From NCBI GenBank assembly GCA_035221665.1, contig CM069160.1, forward strand, positions 4,092,001 to 4,156,000: 64,000 nucleotides of DNA, given 5' to 3'. Made by a program: the position numbers and the translations under genes. Below the pieces are notes generated by a model that worked only from the letters and a program-made list of their open reading frames with translations, was not told the DNA's origin and did no database searches. Below, piece by piece: positions 1 to 14,179 of this stretch. Within the stretch, counting starts at the first letter, position 1. Each line of letters starts with the position of its first letter. Origin of the DNA: Okamejei kenojei. Taxonomy: Eukaryota.

Positions 1-2885
1 CTGTGGCAAGGATGCGGTCCAAAGGAACTTCCATCATCGTAGCCGCCGATGTAGATGCAGTCCTGGTGGAGTGAGATTTGAAAACATTAGTATCCACCCC
101 CGCTGCATCTAATACCACCCTTAACCATCTGGATATGGTTTGCACTGTGACCTTATAGTGAGGACGTTTATGGGTTATGAGTAAAGCTCTCTCCGTGCCC
201 CTAAGAGTCCTGGTGAATTCTATATATTGCAAAATATGTGTCACAATGCAGAGCCGACTATCTGCAGGATAGGCCAGAAACTCTAATTTTGGGCCAGAGG
301 AACCGGGTCGGTCTTGTTTGAGTAACCCCTGTATTAGAAAGGTTATCTTGCCATTTGTGACATACATGGCGTCCATATTTAGCTTGGGTAAGGTCTGGAC
401 CCGTTGTGCTGATACAAGTGCCATTATCATTACCATCTTGTATGTTAGTTTGTCCAGAGTGAGCCCCGATATGGATCTCCATCCTCGTAACATAGTTAAT
501 ACTATGCCTATGTCCCATGTATGAGTGTATCTGGGCCTGGGGAGATTGGAGTTAAATATAACCCTCATTAGTTTAGATACTAGTGGGTGTGATCCTATAG
601 CCCGGTGATCACTCCCTCCGCCCAGATAATTAGAAAGGGCACTCCTTGCACAATTAATGGCACTATAACTCAATCCTTCATTGAAATGAAGGGTGGCCAG
701 AAACTCCAGCACTGCAGTGATGGTGGCTGAGTCATATGTAGTGTTCGCCCTGATGCAGAACATTTCCCATTTCCTGACATATGTCAGGTACTGTTTCCTC
801 GTGGACTCCCTGCACGACGCTGAGATGGCATTGATCGTCCTGTCGGAGAGTCCGTATCCCAGGAATGGCCTGTTCATTATCTGCAAATCACCAAGTTCAT
901 GCGGTCATGGGACGGATGACTTTCCCCTGTCACGGGATGTACAAATAAACTCGGCCGTTTGTTGATCCGGATGCAGGGTTCTGAGGCCATCTTTTGTACT
1001 GCTGGGAACCATGGTTGGGTAGGCCAGTCGGGAACAACCAAAATACCCGTTGCGTAGTCTTGATTAATTTTCTGTAAGACCCGACTGATGAGGCAGAAGG
1101 GGGGAAATGCATAGCAAAACAAATCCCCCCAATGCAGCGAGAAAGCGTCATTGCTGCTGCCCCGGGTCTGGTTCCAAAGCAACATATGTTGGAGTTGGTG
1201 ATTAAGTCTGGATGCAAAAAGGTCGATATCTGGTGTCCCATACCATTCTATAATATCTGTAAACACTTTCCGATCCAACATCCATTCAATGTTGTCGCTG
1301 AATTTACGTGATCTGGTGTCTGCCATGGTATTTAGCTTACCTGGAAGGTAAGTGGCTGAGATCCAAATCTCTCTTTCCAGACACCAGTGCCAGATATTAT
1401 TAGCCAATTCATCACATGATATCGACTTTATACCACCCATATGATGAATATAGGCCACCACTGTGGTATTATCAATTTGTAACCGTACATGCAATTGGTG
1501 CATATCTGAGCAGCTGGCCCTGAGTCCATGAAATGCTCCCAGCATTTATAAATAATTAATCCCTACTGCTTTAAACAGGGTTAATTATTGTGCACTCCAT
1601 CTGCCACCACAACTTGTTGTGGTATTAGTTGCTCCCCAACCTTTAGCACTGGCATCAGTTTGTAATGTAACCGAGGGGTTGATGATAGTGATGGGGTTAA
1701 AACAATGCTGAGCATTTTCTATCCACCATTTTAATTCTGATTTTGCTTTCCCTGGTAGTTTCATAGGCCTATCGAAATGGCCTGCATGATTTTTGAGAGC
1801 TGAAATTTTTGCTCTTTGCAGATTTTGATAATGGAGAGGTCCAAATTTTACTGCTGGGAATGCAGCCACTAATTTCCCAAATACTCTGGCTATTTGACGA
1901 ATGGATGGTTCCCTGCCGCCAGTGAGACTTTTGCATGCTACCATCAAGTCTGTCACTTTGTGTGGTGGCAAGGGGATAGACATTTGAACAGAGTCAATAG
2001 TGAACCCCAAATAATCCATGGTAGTGGAGGGTTCGAATTTTGATTTACCTGGATGTATGATAAATCCCAGCTTTTGAAAAAGATGTTTGTGGCTGATACT
2101 GCCAAAGTAGCCATATCCAAATTCTCACCTACAATGAGAATATCATCAAGGTATGCCATGACGATATAGTTATGTTCCCTTAAGTATGGTGAAGCTGGTT
2201 TTAATAATTTAATGAACAGCCTGGGTGCTGATGACAACCCATTGGGTAAGGCCTTATACTGCCATAGCTGTCCCACCCAGACAAATTTCAGGTATTTACG
2301 ATGATCCTTGTGTATTGGTACTGAATAGTATGCATCTTTGAGATCGATGCAAGCTATGTAGTACCTATCAGATATCAGCTGTTTGGCTGTGACAAACGTG
2401 TCCATTTTGTAATGGGCATACTGAATGGAAGTATTTAGTTCGGTCAAATCTATAATGATGCGGCAACCGCCATCTGTTTTATATTTAGTAAAGATATCAG
2501 ATCCAAACTCTTGAGATTCTCTGATTGTCTTTACCCCTTTGATGTTTAATCTCAACAGTTCAGCATGGACTGCTGTTCTCTCTTTTTGTGAAAGTATGAA
2601 CTTCTGGCTATGCGTATGCTGAACTGGGATGGGCAGTTCGTATACAAATTCAAGTTTGGAACCCTGAATACTCCCCAGTATGTAAGGATCAGAGGTAAAA
2701 GTGCTCCACACATGATGTAACAAGTACAACCGTCCACCAATTTTTGATGAACCTAAACATGCAATGTTTTTGAGGCAACCAGACCCACCTATCTCCATGG
2801 TTACCGCCGGTCTTGTGTGGGTTGTCTCTGCCCTTGTTTCTTCTGGTGTTGCTTCGTTGTGGGGTTGGCACATTTTCCATGAAGG
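1..2885 (-). mobile_element. DIRS-type tyrosine-recombinase retrotransposon, degenerate (gag end, RT, RNase H, MT-like domain, YR; runs off the window start)
   Basis: ORF 1953-2873 has RT motifs IDLKDAYY, LPNGLSSAPRLF, YLDD; 1585-2019 has QTDAS (RNase H); 877-1545 has DNTT, DLFAS and YAFPPF; the YR region at 1-~850 is homologous to 30735-31721. Several frameshifts. Confidence 0.92.
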
Positions 2886-2952
2886 CCGGGCTGGGAGGAA
2901 GGAAGGGAGGGAGGGAGGGAGAGAGGGAGGGAGGGATGGAGGGATGGAGGGG

Positions 2953-3341
2953 NNNNNNNNNNNNNNNNNNNNNNNNNNNNNNNNNNNNNNNNNNNNNNNN
3001 NNNNNNNNNNNNNNNNNNNNNNNNNNNNNNNNNNNNNNNNNNNNNNNNNNNNNNNNNNNNNNNNNNNNNNNNNNNNNNNNNNNNNNNNNNNNNNNNNNNN
3101 NNNNNNNNNNNNNNNNNNNNNNNNNNNNNNNNNNNNNNNNNNNNNNNNNNNNNNNNNNNNNNNNNNNNNNNNNNNNNNNNNNNNNNNNNNNNNNNNNNNN
3201 NNNNNNNNNNNNNNNNNNNNNNNNNNNNNNNNNNNNNNNNNNNNNNNNNNNNNNNNNNNNNNNNNNNNNNNNNNNNNNNNNNNNNNNNNNNNNNNNNNNN
3301 NNNNNNNNNNNNNNNNNNNNNNNNNNNNNNNNNNNNNNNNN
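2953..3341. other. Assembly gap (N run), preceded by a GGA/GGGA-rich simple repeat
   Basis: Run of N. Confidence 0.99.
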
Positions 3342-5252
3342 AAATGGATTATGAAAGAAAACTGGCAGGAAACATAAAAACTCACTGCAAACGTTTTTAT
3401 CGATATGTGAAGCGCAAAAGATTAGTTAAAACAAATGTAGGTCCCTTGCAGTCAGAAACGGGTGAATTGATCACTGGGAACAAGGACATGGCAGACCAAT
3501 TGAATAACTACTTTGGTTCTGTCTTCATTAAGGAAGACATAAATAATTTGCCGGAAATAGCAGGGGATCGCGGGTCAAATGAGATGGAGGAAATGAGTGA
3601 AATCCAGGTTAGCCAGAAAGTGGTGTTCAGTAAATTGAATGGATTAAAGGCCGATAAATCCCCAGGGCCAGATAGGCTGCATCCCTGTGTCCTTAAGGAA
3701 GTAGCCTCAGAAACAGCGGATGCCTTAGTGATAATTTTTCAAAATCTCTTTAGATTCTGGAGTAGTTCCTGAGGATTGGAGGGTAGCTAATGTAACCCCA
3801 CTTCTTAAAAAGGGAGGGAGAGAGAAAACGGGGAATTACAGACCAGTTAGTCTAACATCGGTAGTGGGGAAACTGCTAGAGTCAGTTATTAAAGATGGGA
3901 TAGCAGCGCATTTGGAAAGTGGTGAAATCATTGGAGAACGTCAGCATGGATTTACGAAAGGTAAATCATGTCTGACGAATCTTATTGAATTTTTTGAGAA
4001 TGTAATTGGTAGAGTGGATAAGGGAGAAGCAGTGAATGTGTTATATCTGGACTTACAGGAGGCTTTCGACAAATTCCCACACAAGAGATTGGTATACAAA
4101 CTTGAAGCACACGGTATTGGTGGTTCAGTATTGATGTGGATAGAGAACTGGCTGGCAGACAGGAAGCAAAGAGTAGGAGTGAACGGGTCCTTTTCAGGAT
4201 GGCAGGCAGTGACTAGTGGGGTGCCGCAACGCTCAGTGCTGGGACCCCAGTTATTTACAATATATATTAATGATTTCGACGAGGGGATTAAATGCAACAT
4301 CTCGAAGTTTGCGGATGACATGAAGCTGGGGGGGGGGGGCAGTCTTAGCTGTGAGGAGGATGCTAGGAGGCTGCAAGATGACTTGGATAGACTGGGTGAG
4401 TGGTCAAATGCATGGCAGATGCAGTATAATGTGGATAAATGTGAGGTTATCCACTTTGGTGGCAAAAACACGAAGGTAGACTATTATTTGAATGGCGACC
4501 GATTAGGAACGGGAGATATAACGAGACCTGGGTGTCATGGTACACCAGTCATTGAAAGTAGGTATGCAGGTGCAGCAAGCTGTGAAGACAGCGAGTGGTA
4601 TGTTGGCATTCATAGCAAAAGGATTTGCGTACAAGTGCAGGGAGGTTCTACTGCAGTTGTACAGGGTCTTGGTGAGGCCACACCTGGAGTATTGCGTACC
4701 GTTTTGGTCTCCTAATCTGAGGAAAGACATTCTTGCCATAGAGTGAGTACAGAAAAGGTTCACCAGACTGATCCCTGGGATGGCACGACTTCCATATGAA
4801 GAAAGACTGGATAGACTCGGCTTGTACTCGCTGGAATTTAGAAGATTGGGGGGTGATCTCATAGAGACTTACACAATTCTTAAGGGGTTGGATAAGCTTG
4901 ATGCAGGAAGATTGTTCCCGATGTTGGGGAATTCCAGGACAAGGGGTCACAGTTTAAGGATAAGGGGAAAGTCTTTTAGGACTGAGATGAGAAAATCGAT
5001 TTTCACACAGAGAGTGGTGCATCTGTGGAATTCTCTGCCACAGAAGGTAGTTGAGGCCAGTTCGTGGGCCCTATTTATGAGGGGGATGGATCTGGCCCTT
5101 GTGGCTGAAGGGATCAGGGGGGTATGGAGAGAAGACAGGTACAGGATACTGAGTTGGATGATCAGCCATGATCATATTGAATGGCGGTGCAGGCTCGAAG
5201 GGCCGAATGGCCTGCTCCTGCACCTAATTTCTATGTTTCTATGTTTCTATGT
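3342..5252 (+). mobile_element. CR1-clade LINE, 3' part of ORF2 (RT) plus 3' tail
   Basis: KSPGPD, QHGFTKGKSCLTNL, GVPQ.SVLGP, FADD motifs; ends in (TTTCTATG)n; close paralog of 50390-52257. Confidence 0.93.
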
Positions 5253-5471
5253 TTCCTTCCTTCCTTCCTTCCTTCTTTCCTTACGCGAAATGTGAGGGGG
5301 GCGCGATTTAACCGGAATCCAGTTGGCATCGTTCTAGCTCAGATCAAAATTTCTATCTGGAATGAGCTGCATATCCCTGAAGACTAGGAGCAATCTACGC
5401 TCGATCTACGCTCGAACAGCTGCATGTTATACCAATTGCGCAATGTTCGTGTCTCTGGACGATTCTTTGAG

Positions 5472-5477
5472 TATAAA
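5472..5477 (+). promoter_or_regulatory. Candidate TATA box of GPCR gene 1
   Basis: TATAAA ~70 nt upstream of the ATG at 5545; similar spacing in GPCR gene 2. Confidence 0.4.
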
Positions 5478-5544
5478 GACGGCAATTTTAAGTAAGAGAA
5501 CCCGAGTCCTGTTGGTGACCAAGTAACGTTGCTGCTGTACGAAA

Positions 5545-5614
5545 ATGGGACAACCGGTAATTATACAGATAGAAAATATATTCTATCCCGCTCTTGCCAT
5601 TGTTGGTGTTCCTG
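5545..5614 (+). CDS. Exon 1 of GPR139/GPR142-like GPCR gene 1 (MGQPVIIQIENIFYPALAIVGVP)
   Basis: ATG, 70-nt coding exon, G|gtaagc phase-1 donor; joins in frame to the acceptor at 9060 giving GVPANLLAIVI (TM1). Confidence 0.85.
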
Positions 5615-5819
5615 GTAAGCAGCTAATATCAGTCTTCATGTTTTTTTTTTAATTTTCTATTCCATTTTTGTGCGAAAAGATCACCGATGTACAGCGTTGT
5701 ATAAATAGTTCACGGACGCGGTATCCACGTTGATTGTTTCGGCAGCTATCATGAGCAAAAATATGTGCTTAGCATTTGTCTGGTCAAAGTAAGTGTATCG
5801 TACCTTGTGATCAAGCTTT

Positions 5820-6050
5820 AACTCTGTGCGGAGTTTGTACGTTCTCCCCGTGACCGCTTGGGTTTCCTCTGGGCGCTCCGATTTCCTCCCACACTCCTAA
5901 TACGTATAGGTGTGTAGGTCAATTGGCTTGGTATACATGTAAATTGTTTCAAGTGTGTATGTGGGGTAGGGTTAGTGTGCGGGGATCGTTGGTCGACGCG
6001 GACTCGGTGGGCCGAAGGGATGATTCTGTACTGCATCTCTAAACTAAACA
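5820..6050 (+). mobile_element. tRNA-derived SINE (HE1-like) fragment
   Basis: gtgcggagtttgtacgttctccccgtgacc...gggccgaaggg...ctaaactaaa; recurs about 10 times in the window (e.g. 15670-15980, 23975-24290, 25865-26160, 55050-55240, 58080-58460, 61460-61760, 62720-63005). Confidence 0.75.
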
Positions 6051-8459
6051 TAACATAACCTTTAAAGTACCATTTTCGGAAGTGGTTCAGCTGGAGGAAT
6101 GCCGTGTTTTCTGAGAAATAACAACATTAAAAAAAAAGAATAATGCAAAACACTGATCGAAGGTACGAATCTGGCCAATAATGCAGACGCAAACTTCTAG
6201 CGCATGGGTAAAAAATGGGATGTCAAAGTGAAGAAGAATCCCAAAGTGAAACGTCGCCTGTCAGTTTACTTTCACTAATGCTGCCTGGCCCGCTGAATTA
6301 CTCCAGCAGGTTTTATTTTACTCAGTTTCCCAGCATCAGCAGTGCCTATTGTTTCGTCCAACATTCGCGTCTCGGACTAATCTGAATCCAAGTCACATCT
6401 CGCTCTGGTTACCTGCTGTGAATGTATTTATCCACTATGCCTGGAAGCCGCGGGAAAGTCAGGACGATATATTATCCTCCCCGCACTACATACAAAATCA
6501 TTGCGACCATTACTAACACCAGGCTTTTTATGTTTCGAAGATAGACACAAAAAGCTGAAGTAACTTAGCGGGACAGGCAGCATCACTGGGTAGAAGGAAT
6601 GGGTGACGTTTCGGGTTGAGACCCTTCTTCAGACGGATCTCCAGGTTGCCGAACACTTCCTTTTTTCCGACACATGACTGTTTGTTTACTTCTGGATTGC
6701 CATTGGAAAACAATGTAAGGAACGGTATATTCATGTGAAATGGAAACGTGCTTGTAATATTTGTTGGAATATTCAGCGTTTGTAGCAGCAGAATATGTAG
6801 GAGTGAGCCAATTGATTGATGTATCTGAAGGTCAGCACAGCGGAGCAGCTGGTAGAGCCATTGCCTCACATTGGCAGAGAGCACGGTTCAATTCTGAATT
6901 GGGATGCTGTCTGTGTGGAGTTTGCATCTTCTCGCAGTGACCGCACGGTTTCCTCCAGCTGCTCTGGTTTCCTCCCACATCGTGAAGACGTGCCAGTTTG
7001 GAGCTTCATTAGCTTCTGTAAATTGCTCCCAGCATGTATGGAATGGATGTGAAAGTGTGATAACATAGAAATAGAAGTGTAATACATAGAAGTGGGATAA
7101 CATGAAGGGAATAGATGAAGGATAGATGCGTATAGTCTTTTACCCAGAGTAAGGGAACCAAGAACCAGAGGACGTATGTTTAATATGAGAGGAGACTGAT
7201 TTAATAGGGACACGAGGAGCGACATGTGTTCATACAGAGCAAGGCACATATATGGAATGAGCTGCCAGAGGGGTAACTGAGGAAGGTACAAGAACGACAT
7301 TTAAAAGACACCTGAATACGCGGATGGATAGGATATGTTTTGGGGATATGGGTCGAAAGTAGGCAGGTGGGTCTTATAGATTGGGCATCCTGCTCGGCAT
7401 TGGCAAGTTGCGCCGAAGGGCCTGCTTACATGCTGTACTTAAGAAAAAGTAATTATTCGTATTTGCACCATCACAGTGTTAGCAACAAAGTTGATCCCAG
7501 GCCAAAATACCTCAGGGCACGGATAAACGCGGGAATTTATTACCGAGATAACGATTACACAATTGTACGCCTTAGACCTATCCTCGTCTCATTTATTGTG
7601 TTTCTTCAGTAAGGTATCACATGAGCAAAATGACGCTGCGTTTATTTAAAAGCTTTGGATTCGAAGGGAATCAAACACTTTTTTTGCAGGAAGGTTAAAC
7701 TAGGTTAAATTGTCCTTTACGAAATCCAGTGAGCCTCTCCTTCGTATTTTCCGTCAACAATGCACAACACAATGCAATGTCAAATTACAGGCAAGGTTGA
7801 ACAAACGGGACACCTGCAACCGTGACTTTCATTCTGTACAGCCATTGAACATCCCCATATCCTTCACCTTCCGAGGGAACCCGATCCCTTCCGGTCCCCT
7901 TCATGGGTTGCCATAAAGAACTCTTCAACAGGGCTGAATAAATACACACAATACTGGAGTAACTCAGCGGGACCGGCAGCATTTCTGGATGGGTGACTTT
8001 GCGGGTCTAGAACATTCTTCTTCAAAAGGGTGACTAGTTTTCAATGGGTGTGCGAACTCCGTAGCCGACTTAAATTACTAAAGATCTCTGTTGCTCTGGT
8101 CGAGAATCAGTCTAACCCGCGTGCGTGCATGGGATCTTGAGTAAGAAGATCCCATGGTGATGGATTCTACAGGGTTAATTGATGAGGCTTCGGTGAACAT
8201 GTGACGGGCTGTTGCCAGTGTGATTTAGCTTCCTATATATTAGGATAAACTCTTACTTTGGGTCGGAAACGGCAAGTCTTTACCAGTACCACTATGACAA
8301 AATAAATCGTTTTCAACTAATGGGAATATAAATGCAACTTGAGTTAAGAATTAATTCAGTTTTTAATATTAATGAATATCAACAGAATTGTGATGGAAAG
8401 GAAGTCCAGTGACAGTGGAAAGAACAATCAGACGGAGATATTTCAACGTTTTGGTTTAA

Positions 8460-9020
8460 GTTTAGTTTGTTGTCACATGTACCGAGGTACAGAGTACAGC
8501 TTGTGTTACGTGCTTATCAGTCAGCAGAAAGCCAATATATGATTACCATCGATGCATTATCAGTGTATATACATGGTAAGGGAATAACGTTCAGTGCAAG
8601 GTAAAGCCAGCAAAGTCCGATCCAGGATAGTCCGAGGGTCACCAAAGAGGTGGGTAGTAATTTTGTACTGCTCTCTGGTTGTAGTAGGATAATTCAATTG
8701 CCTGATAACAGCTGGGAAGAAACTGTCTCTAAATCTGGTGGCGTACCTTTTATCTCTTCTATACCCTTTGCCTGATGGGAGAGGGGAGAAGAGGTAGTGG
8801 CCAGCGTGGGACTCGTCCTTGATTATGCTGCTAGCCTTGTGGAGGAAGCGTGAGGTATGGATTGAGTCAATAAAAGGGAGGTTAGTTTGTGTGATGGTCT
8901 GGGTTATGTCCACAATTTGCTGCAATGTCTTACCGTCTTAGATGGAGCTGTTCCAAAACCAAGCTGTGATGCATCCTGATAAAATGCGTTCTATGGTGCA
9001 TCTGTAGAAGTTGATGCGAG
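8460..9020 (-). mobile_element. Rex1/Babar- or L2-like LINE 3' fragment in the GPCR1 intron
   Basis: ORF 8560-8925 ...KASSIIKDESHAGHYLFSPLPSGKGYR...RFRDSFFP; related fragments at 32500-33015, 45880-46780, 63130-63695. Confidence 0.7.
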
Positions 9021-9059
9021 TTAGTGGAAATTAACTTTCTTTAATCTTTTTATTTGTAG

Positions 9060-9965
9060 CAAATTTGCTGGCAATTGTAATTTTCTCCCGTGGAAACTGC
9101 GGACTCTCGAAATGCATCACTCGTTACTTGGTGGGCATGGCTGTGGGCGATTTCATGGTCCTGATAACTGAAGTGATCCTCTATGAGATTGTCAACGGCT
9201 ACTTCCCATTCTCGATATTCAATCACACCCCATTCTGCAGATGGAACCTTGTGGTCCACATTTATTTCCATCGACTGCTCGGTTTGGATAACTGTGGCCT
9301 TCACTTTGATCGGTTCACTGCTATATGTCATCAGTCCTTGCGGACAAGTATTGCACTGAAAAGACGGCAGCTGTGGTGATAATGGTGTGTTTCCTTAAGC
9401 GTTTTGCAGAATGCGCCATTTTACTTTATATACGAACCGCGAGAAATAATTGACAATATAGAGTGGTCCTGTTATGTAAAGTCAACGTTTTATACGTTAT
9501 CCATCTGGGTTGTATTCTTGTGGATGGGAAACCGTGTTAACAACTATTTTCCCTTTTGTGTTAATTTTGTTGCTCAACTCATTCAACAATCAGGCACATT
9601 ATCCTGGCAAATAGAGTGAGGCGAGTGGACTCCGAGCAAACAAACAATCTGAGAAGCACACTGATGCCGAGATGGAGAACAGAAGGAAATCAATAATTTT
9701 GCTTCTCGCTATTTCTGGCAGCTTTATTTTGTTGTGGATGGTTATTTTTATATATTACATATATGTGCAATTTACTGACACACAGTTTTTAGAAGCAAGT
9801 TACAACGACCCATTCACCATAATGGAACAAACTGGATATATGCTGCGGTGTTTGAGTTGTTGCACAAACACTATTATTTATGCAGTGTCCCAGAAGAAAT
9901 TTAGAGAGGAAGTTAAGAATATGGTTAAAGCTCCTTTCATTCTCATTACGAATGCAATCAAATAG
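9060..9965 (+). pseudogene. Exon 2 of GPR139-like GPCR gene 1, frameshifted (pseudogene or assembly indels)
   Basis: tttgtag acceptor; SRGNCGLSKCITRYLVGMAVGD, TFDRFTAICH, RRKSIILLLAISGSF, SCCTNTIIYAVSQKKFREE spread over at least three frames; colinear with 42761-43662. Confidence 0.85.
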
Positions 9966-11129
9966 GTTTGACACAAAACCTGGAGTAACTCAGTGGGGCC
10001 GGCAATATATCTGGGGAGAATGAATGGGTAACGTTTTGGGTCGAGACCCTCTTTGACTGGCTTCATAAAATGCATTACTTTATCGAAAATAGACTTGAAT
10101 AACTTTCTGCTGGAGTAATTCATTGGGACAAGCAGCATCACTGGATAAAAGGAATATGTCACGACCTGAAAGGTCACCCATTCCTTCCATCCAGAGATGC
10201 TGCCTGTCCCGCTGAGTTACTCCAGCAATTTGTGTCTACCTTCGGTGTAAGCCAGCATCTACAGTTCCTTCCAACACATGAATAACTTCCTTGTTGTCCA
10301 CATGGACGTTATCCCAGTAGCTGTGTACATGGCACTCCTGAGAGTGAATATGGCTGACATATGTTATCATATCGACAAATGGTTTGAAACATTACAGAAC
10401 AACCCTGTACTAATAAAATATAGATTAGCACAGCATAGCAACATTACCCTCGGCCTATGACTTCACTGCTGATCATGACATCCAGTTAAACTAATGTCCT
10501 CTACTTGCGCATAACCCATGTTTCTTCCATTCGCTGTATGTCTATGCACTATTCAAACGTCTCACAAACACCACTATAATATGTGATTCCATCACTAGCA
10601 CAACCAGCATGTTCCAGGCACCCACCAATATCAGTGGAAAAACCACACAAAGATGTTTAAACGATGCCCCTCTCACCTTAAAAACCTAGTCCTTTAATAT
10701 TTGACATATCCACCTTTGGGAAAAGTTGAAACAAATAAGCAATATATAATTAATGATGGAAATCAATTAATGCTAGGATCGGGGAAGGAAGATGGGGTTA
10801 GTTTCCTGAATTGTGTATATTGTGAGTCTGTTGGTATCTAAAATTATATTTGGGGAAACACACAGATATTCTTTTCAACAAGCAACATTTTTATTTTCAC
10901 CTGTACTTCACCGGACTAGTGCATGTGACACTACATCAAATTGACTTGAACTTTCAGACATAACTAATGTCAATTTTGTAATGCATTTCCACCTCACCTC
11001 CTGAAATATAAATTGAATTTAAAAGTGACGTGTCTTTACTTTCATTGAAAACTGACAATGTGGAAAATCATTCCCTGTAATAAAGTAGCTGTTCTAATAT
11101 AAAATTGATGGCTTTATGGACAAGTTTAC

Positions 11130-12640
11130 GAATGATATGAAGAACGGTGGAGGGGCAAGTAGCGTTGACAAATCAGGGACATGGACAGGTTGGGAGAGTG
11201 GGCAAAGAGGTTGCAAATGTACCACAGTCTAGCAATGTGTTTAGAAATCACTTTGGTAAATATAATTAAGGATAAAACAATGTTCAAAATGGTATGAGGA
11301 TTCAGAAACCGGAGGTGCAAATGGACTTGAGAGTGCAGGTGCATAATTCCTAAAAGCGTAATTTGCAGCCTGAACTGGTAGCAAGGAAGGCAATGTTTTC
11401 ATTCATTTTGAGAGGTCTCGAATATAAAAGTAAGACTCTCTGAGGTGATGGTCAGACCAAATTTGCATTGATATGAGCAGTTTTAGGTCCATATCTGAGG
11501 AAAGAAGTGTTGTTGTTAGAGAAAGTCCAGAGGAAGTTTACATCATTGATCCTTGGGATGATTCGGTTAACATATGAGGAGTGTTTGCTGAGTCTATGTA
11601 TTCACTGTAGTTTAGAAGGATGAGGTGGGATTTCATTGAAACCAACTGAATAATGAAAGACCTAGATAGAGTGGATGTGGAGAAGATACTTCCACGAGTG
11701 GAAATTTCTCGGACCAAAGGGCCCAGCCTCAAAATAAAATGACATACTTTTAGAATGAAAATGCGAAGGGAATTATTTCAGCCAAAGTCTGCAGAGGGCT
11801 GCAATATTGCTGATGTCATGGACCGAGAGGAACACTGTCCATATACAAGCATGATGCAGATCAGCTACAGAAATGGGCAGAGAAAATTGTAGATGGATTT
11901 GAATCTGAGCAAGTATGATGTGTTGTTGTTTGGGAGGTCAAATATAAGTGGAAATTGATGTAGCAGCATTGATGTATGGAGGGACCATGGAAGCCAATTC
12001 CATAACTCTCTGAAAGTGGCCCTACAAGTAGTGGAGTGGTAAAGAAGGTAAATGCTATGCTTGTCTTCACTGCTAAGGACACTGAGTTGAAGAGTCAGGA
12101 AGTCATGGTTCAACTTCATTGGACTTTGATAAGGCAGCTTTGGAGTATCATGTGACATTCTGATCGCCCCATGACAGGAAGAATTTGGAGGCTTTCGAAA
12201 ATATGCATAGGAGGTTCACCAGAATGATAATTGGGAGGCATTAGCTACAGGGAGAGGTGGACAGACTTGGATTGTTTTCTCTGAAATGGTGGACAGAGCA
12301 GGTAGATCAGGTAGAAATATATAAAATTAAGACAGACATAGATAATGTTGACAGAATCTATTTCCAGGATTAAATATCAAAGACTAAATGACATAGCTTT
12401 AAAGTGAGAGGGGAATAGTTTAAAGGAGATGTGTGGGGCAAGATTTTTACGTGGACGTTCATAAGTAACACCTGCCAGAGGAGGTGTTAGTGGCAGATAC
12501 CATTGTGACATTAAAGAGTACTTTGGAATAAACATGGATTATGCATGGAAGGGTGGGGATATGGATTGTGCAGGCAGAGAAGGGTTGGCATCAGCCCTGA
12601 CATTGAGCTGAACTGTGCTCCTGGGTACTGGTCCAGTTAT
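11130..12640 (+). mobile_element. Old degenerate CR1 LINE fragments (two segments)
   Basis: Diverged homology to the RT C-terminus and 3' end of 3342-5252. Confidence 0.7.
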
Positions 12641-13307
12641 GGTTGACTATCCATCCAGTTGCTGCCAGACCCACTGAGTTAACTGCAGCACTTTGTTCTC
12701 TTTTGATGAAGCACCATCTGCATTGTGTCTGCATCTAGAAATCTGTAATTTAATAACTCGGATTTCTACACAGGGGACATGGATAACAGCAACGTCATCA
12801 CGAGAAAGTCTTCTGCAATGTATAGTGTAAATGCTACGATTAATTGCTAACCTGCAGCCTCTATGATGTAGAATTTATGCTAACTTGGGGAGCTGAGACA
12901 TTAGCATTGTCTTTTAATTGATTCAAATTCGCATAGTGTTGAAATATGTTCAGGGCCGGCAATTTTATTTTCCTTACTTGTTTCAGGAAATTAAATACAT
13001 CGCATCTGTATCAAGGGATATATTTGAAGCATCTGCTGCATCTTTAAATTGTATACCAGAATCTCCCTTATGAATAACAACCTCTTTTTTGTTATTAACA
13101 CCATTGCTATATGATTTATGGATTTAGAAATAGCTACCCTGTATCGCTGTGATTTTTGTGCCCCGAGATTTTTTCCATCGATGAAAAAATTAAAACGTTT
13201 TGAGTGTTTAAAAAAAACTTGAGATCAGCTGATTGGTATTCCCGTCTGCACCACGATGAAGTTAACGCCCTTCCGCGGGGGCAGGACTATAAAACTCCGG
13301 GTCTGAG

Positions 13308-13400
13308 CGTATGTGTGTGTGAGTGTGTGTGTGATTGTGTACATTTGTGTCGTGGTGAGTCATCTATGTGTGTGAGTTGTGTGTGGTGTGTGTGTGGAGT

Positions 13401-13451
<51 letters not shown>

Positions 13452-13497
13452 TAGTGCGTGTGTGAGTATGTGTGTGAGTGTTTGTGTGAGTAGTGTT
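13308..13497. repeat. (GT)n microsatellite, imperfect
   Basis: Visible dinucleotide repeat. Confidence 0.95.
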
Positions 13498-14179
13498 TCA
13501 TGTTTTCCTCGATTACCGATGGAAGATAGGGCCAATTTCGAAGTCGATTGAATCCGAAGCTAGATTGCTCCAACCCAGTTTATGATGAAACACCCTATCC
13601 TTTACTGACAGGTAAGTTGCTCTCAACCACTCTGTTGAAAAGAAAGCACGCCATAAAATTCTGATGTAGGTTCTACAATCTAAAGCATTAACTAGACTCT
13701 CACACTATTGGAAACCATTCTCTCGAAATCACTCACTCGTCTCTATGCCTATATACAGCACAGATTTTGAAGTTCTGGGAAAATTAACAGTAAAACATAG
13801 AAATGATCACTTTATTAGATAGTGATATATTAGTGGCAAAGAAGGTGTATGGTATATTTACCTGAATTACTCAAGGCATTGACTATAAGAGTTAGGAAGA
13901 CATGTTGGTGCTTTACAGGTCATCAGCCACCGTGTAGCACTGGGATATGGCAATGGTGAGTAGTTTAGTCCTGGCACAGCACAGTGTGACTGTACTTATA
14001 AGGGCAGATCACTGCATAACATACAATGCTGGAGAAACTCAACAAGTCAGCAGAATTGTGATGGAGGGAATGGACAGACAACGTTATTAGGTGGGACTAT
14101 TCATCACTTTGATTGTAGTATGGGGGAAGAAAGCTGGAAAAGAGAGGCGAGGCTGCAACTCTGCCGCCCATAAAAGAAA

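Noticed and set aside
2764-3772. Long ORFs containing X runs (also 33103-33453)
   Set aside because: Artefacts of N gaps
13204-13573. Cys/Val- and His/Thr-rich ORFs
   Set aside because: (GT)n microsatellite translation
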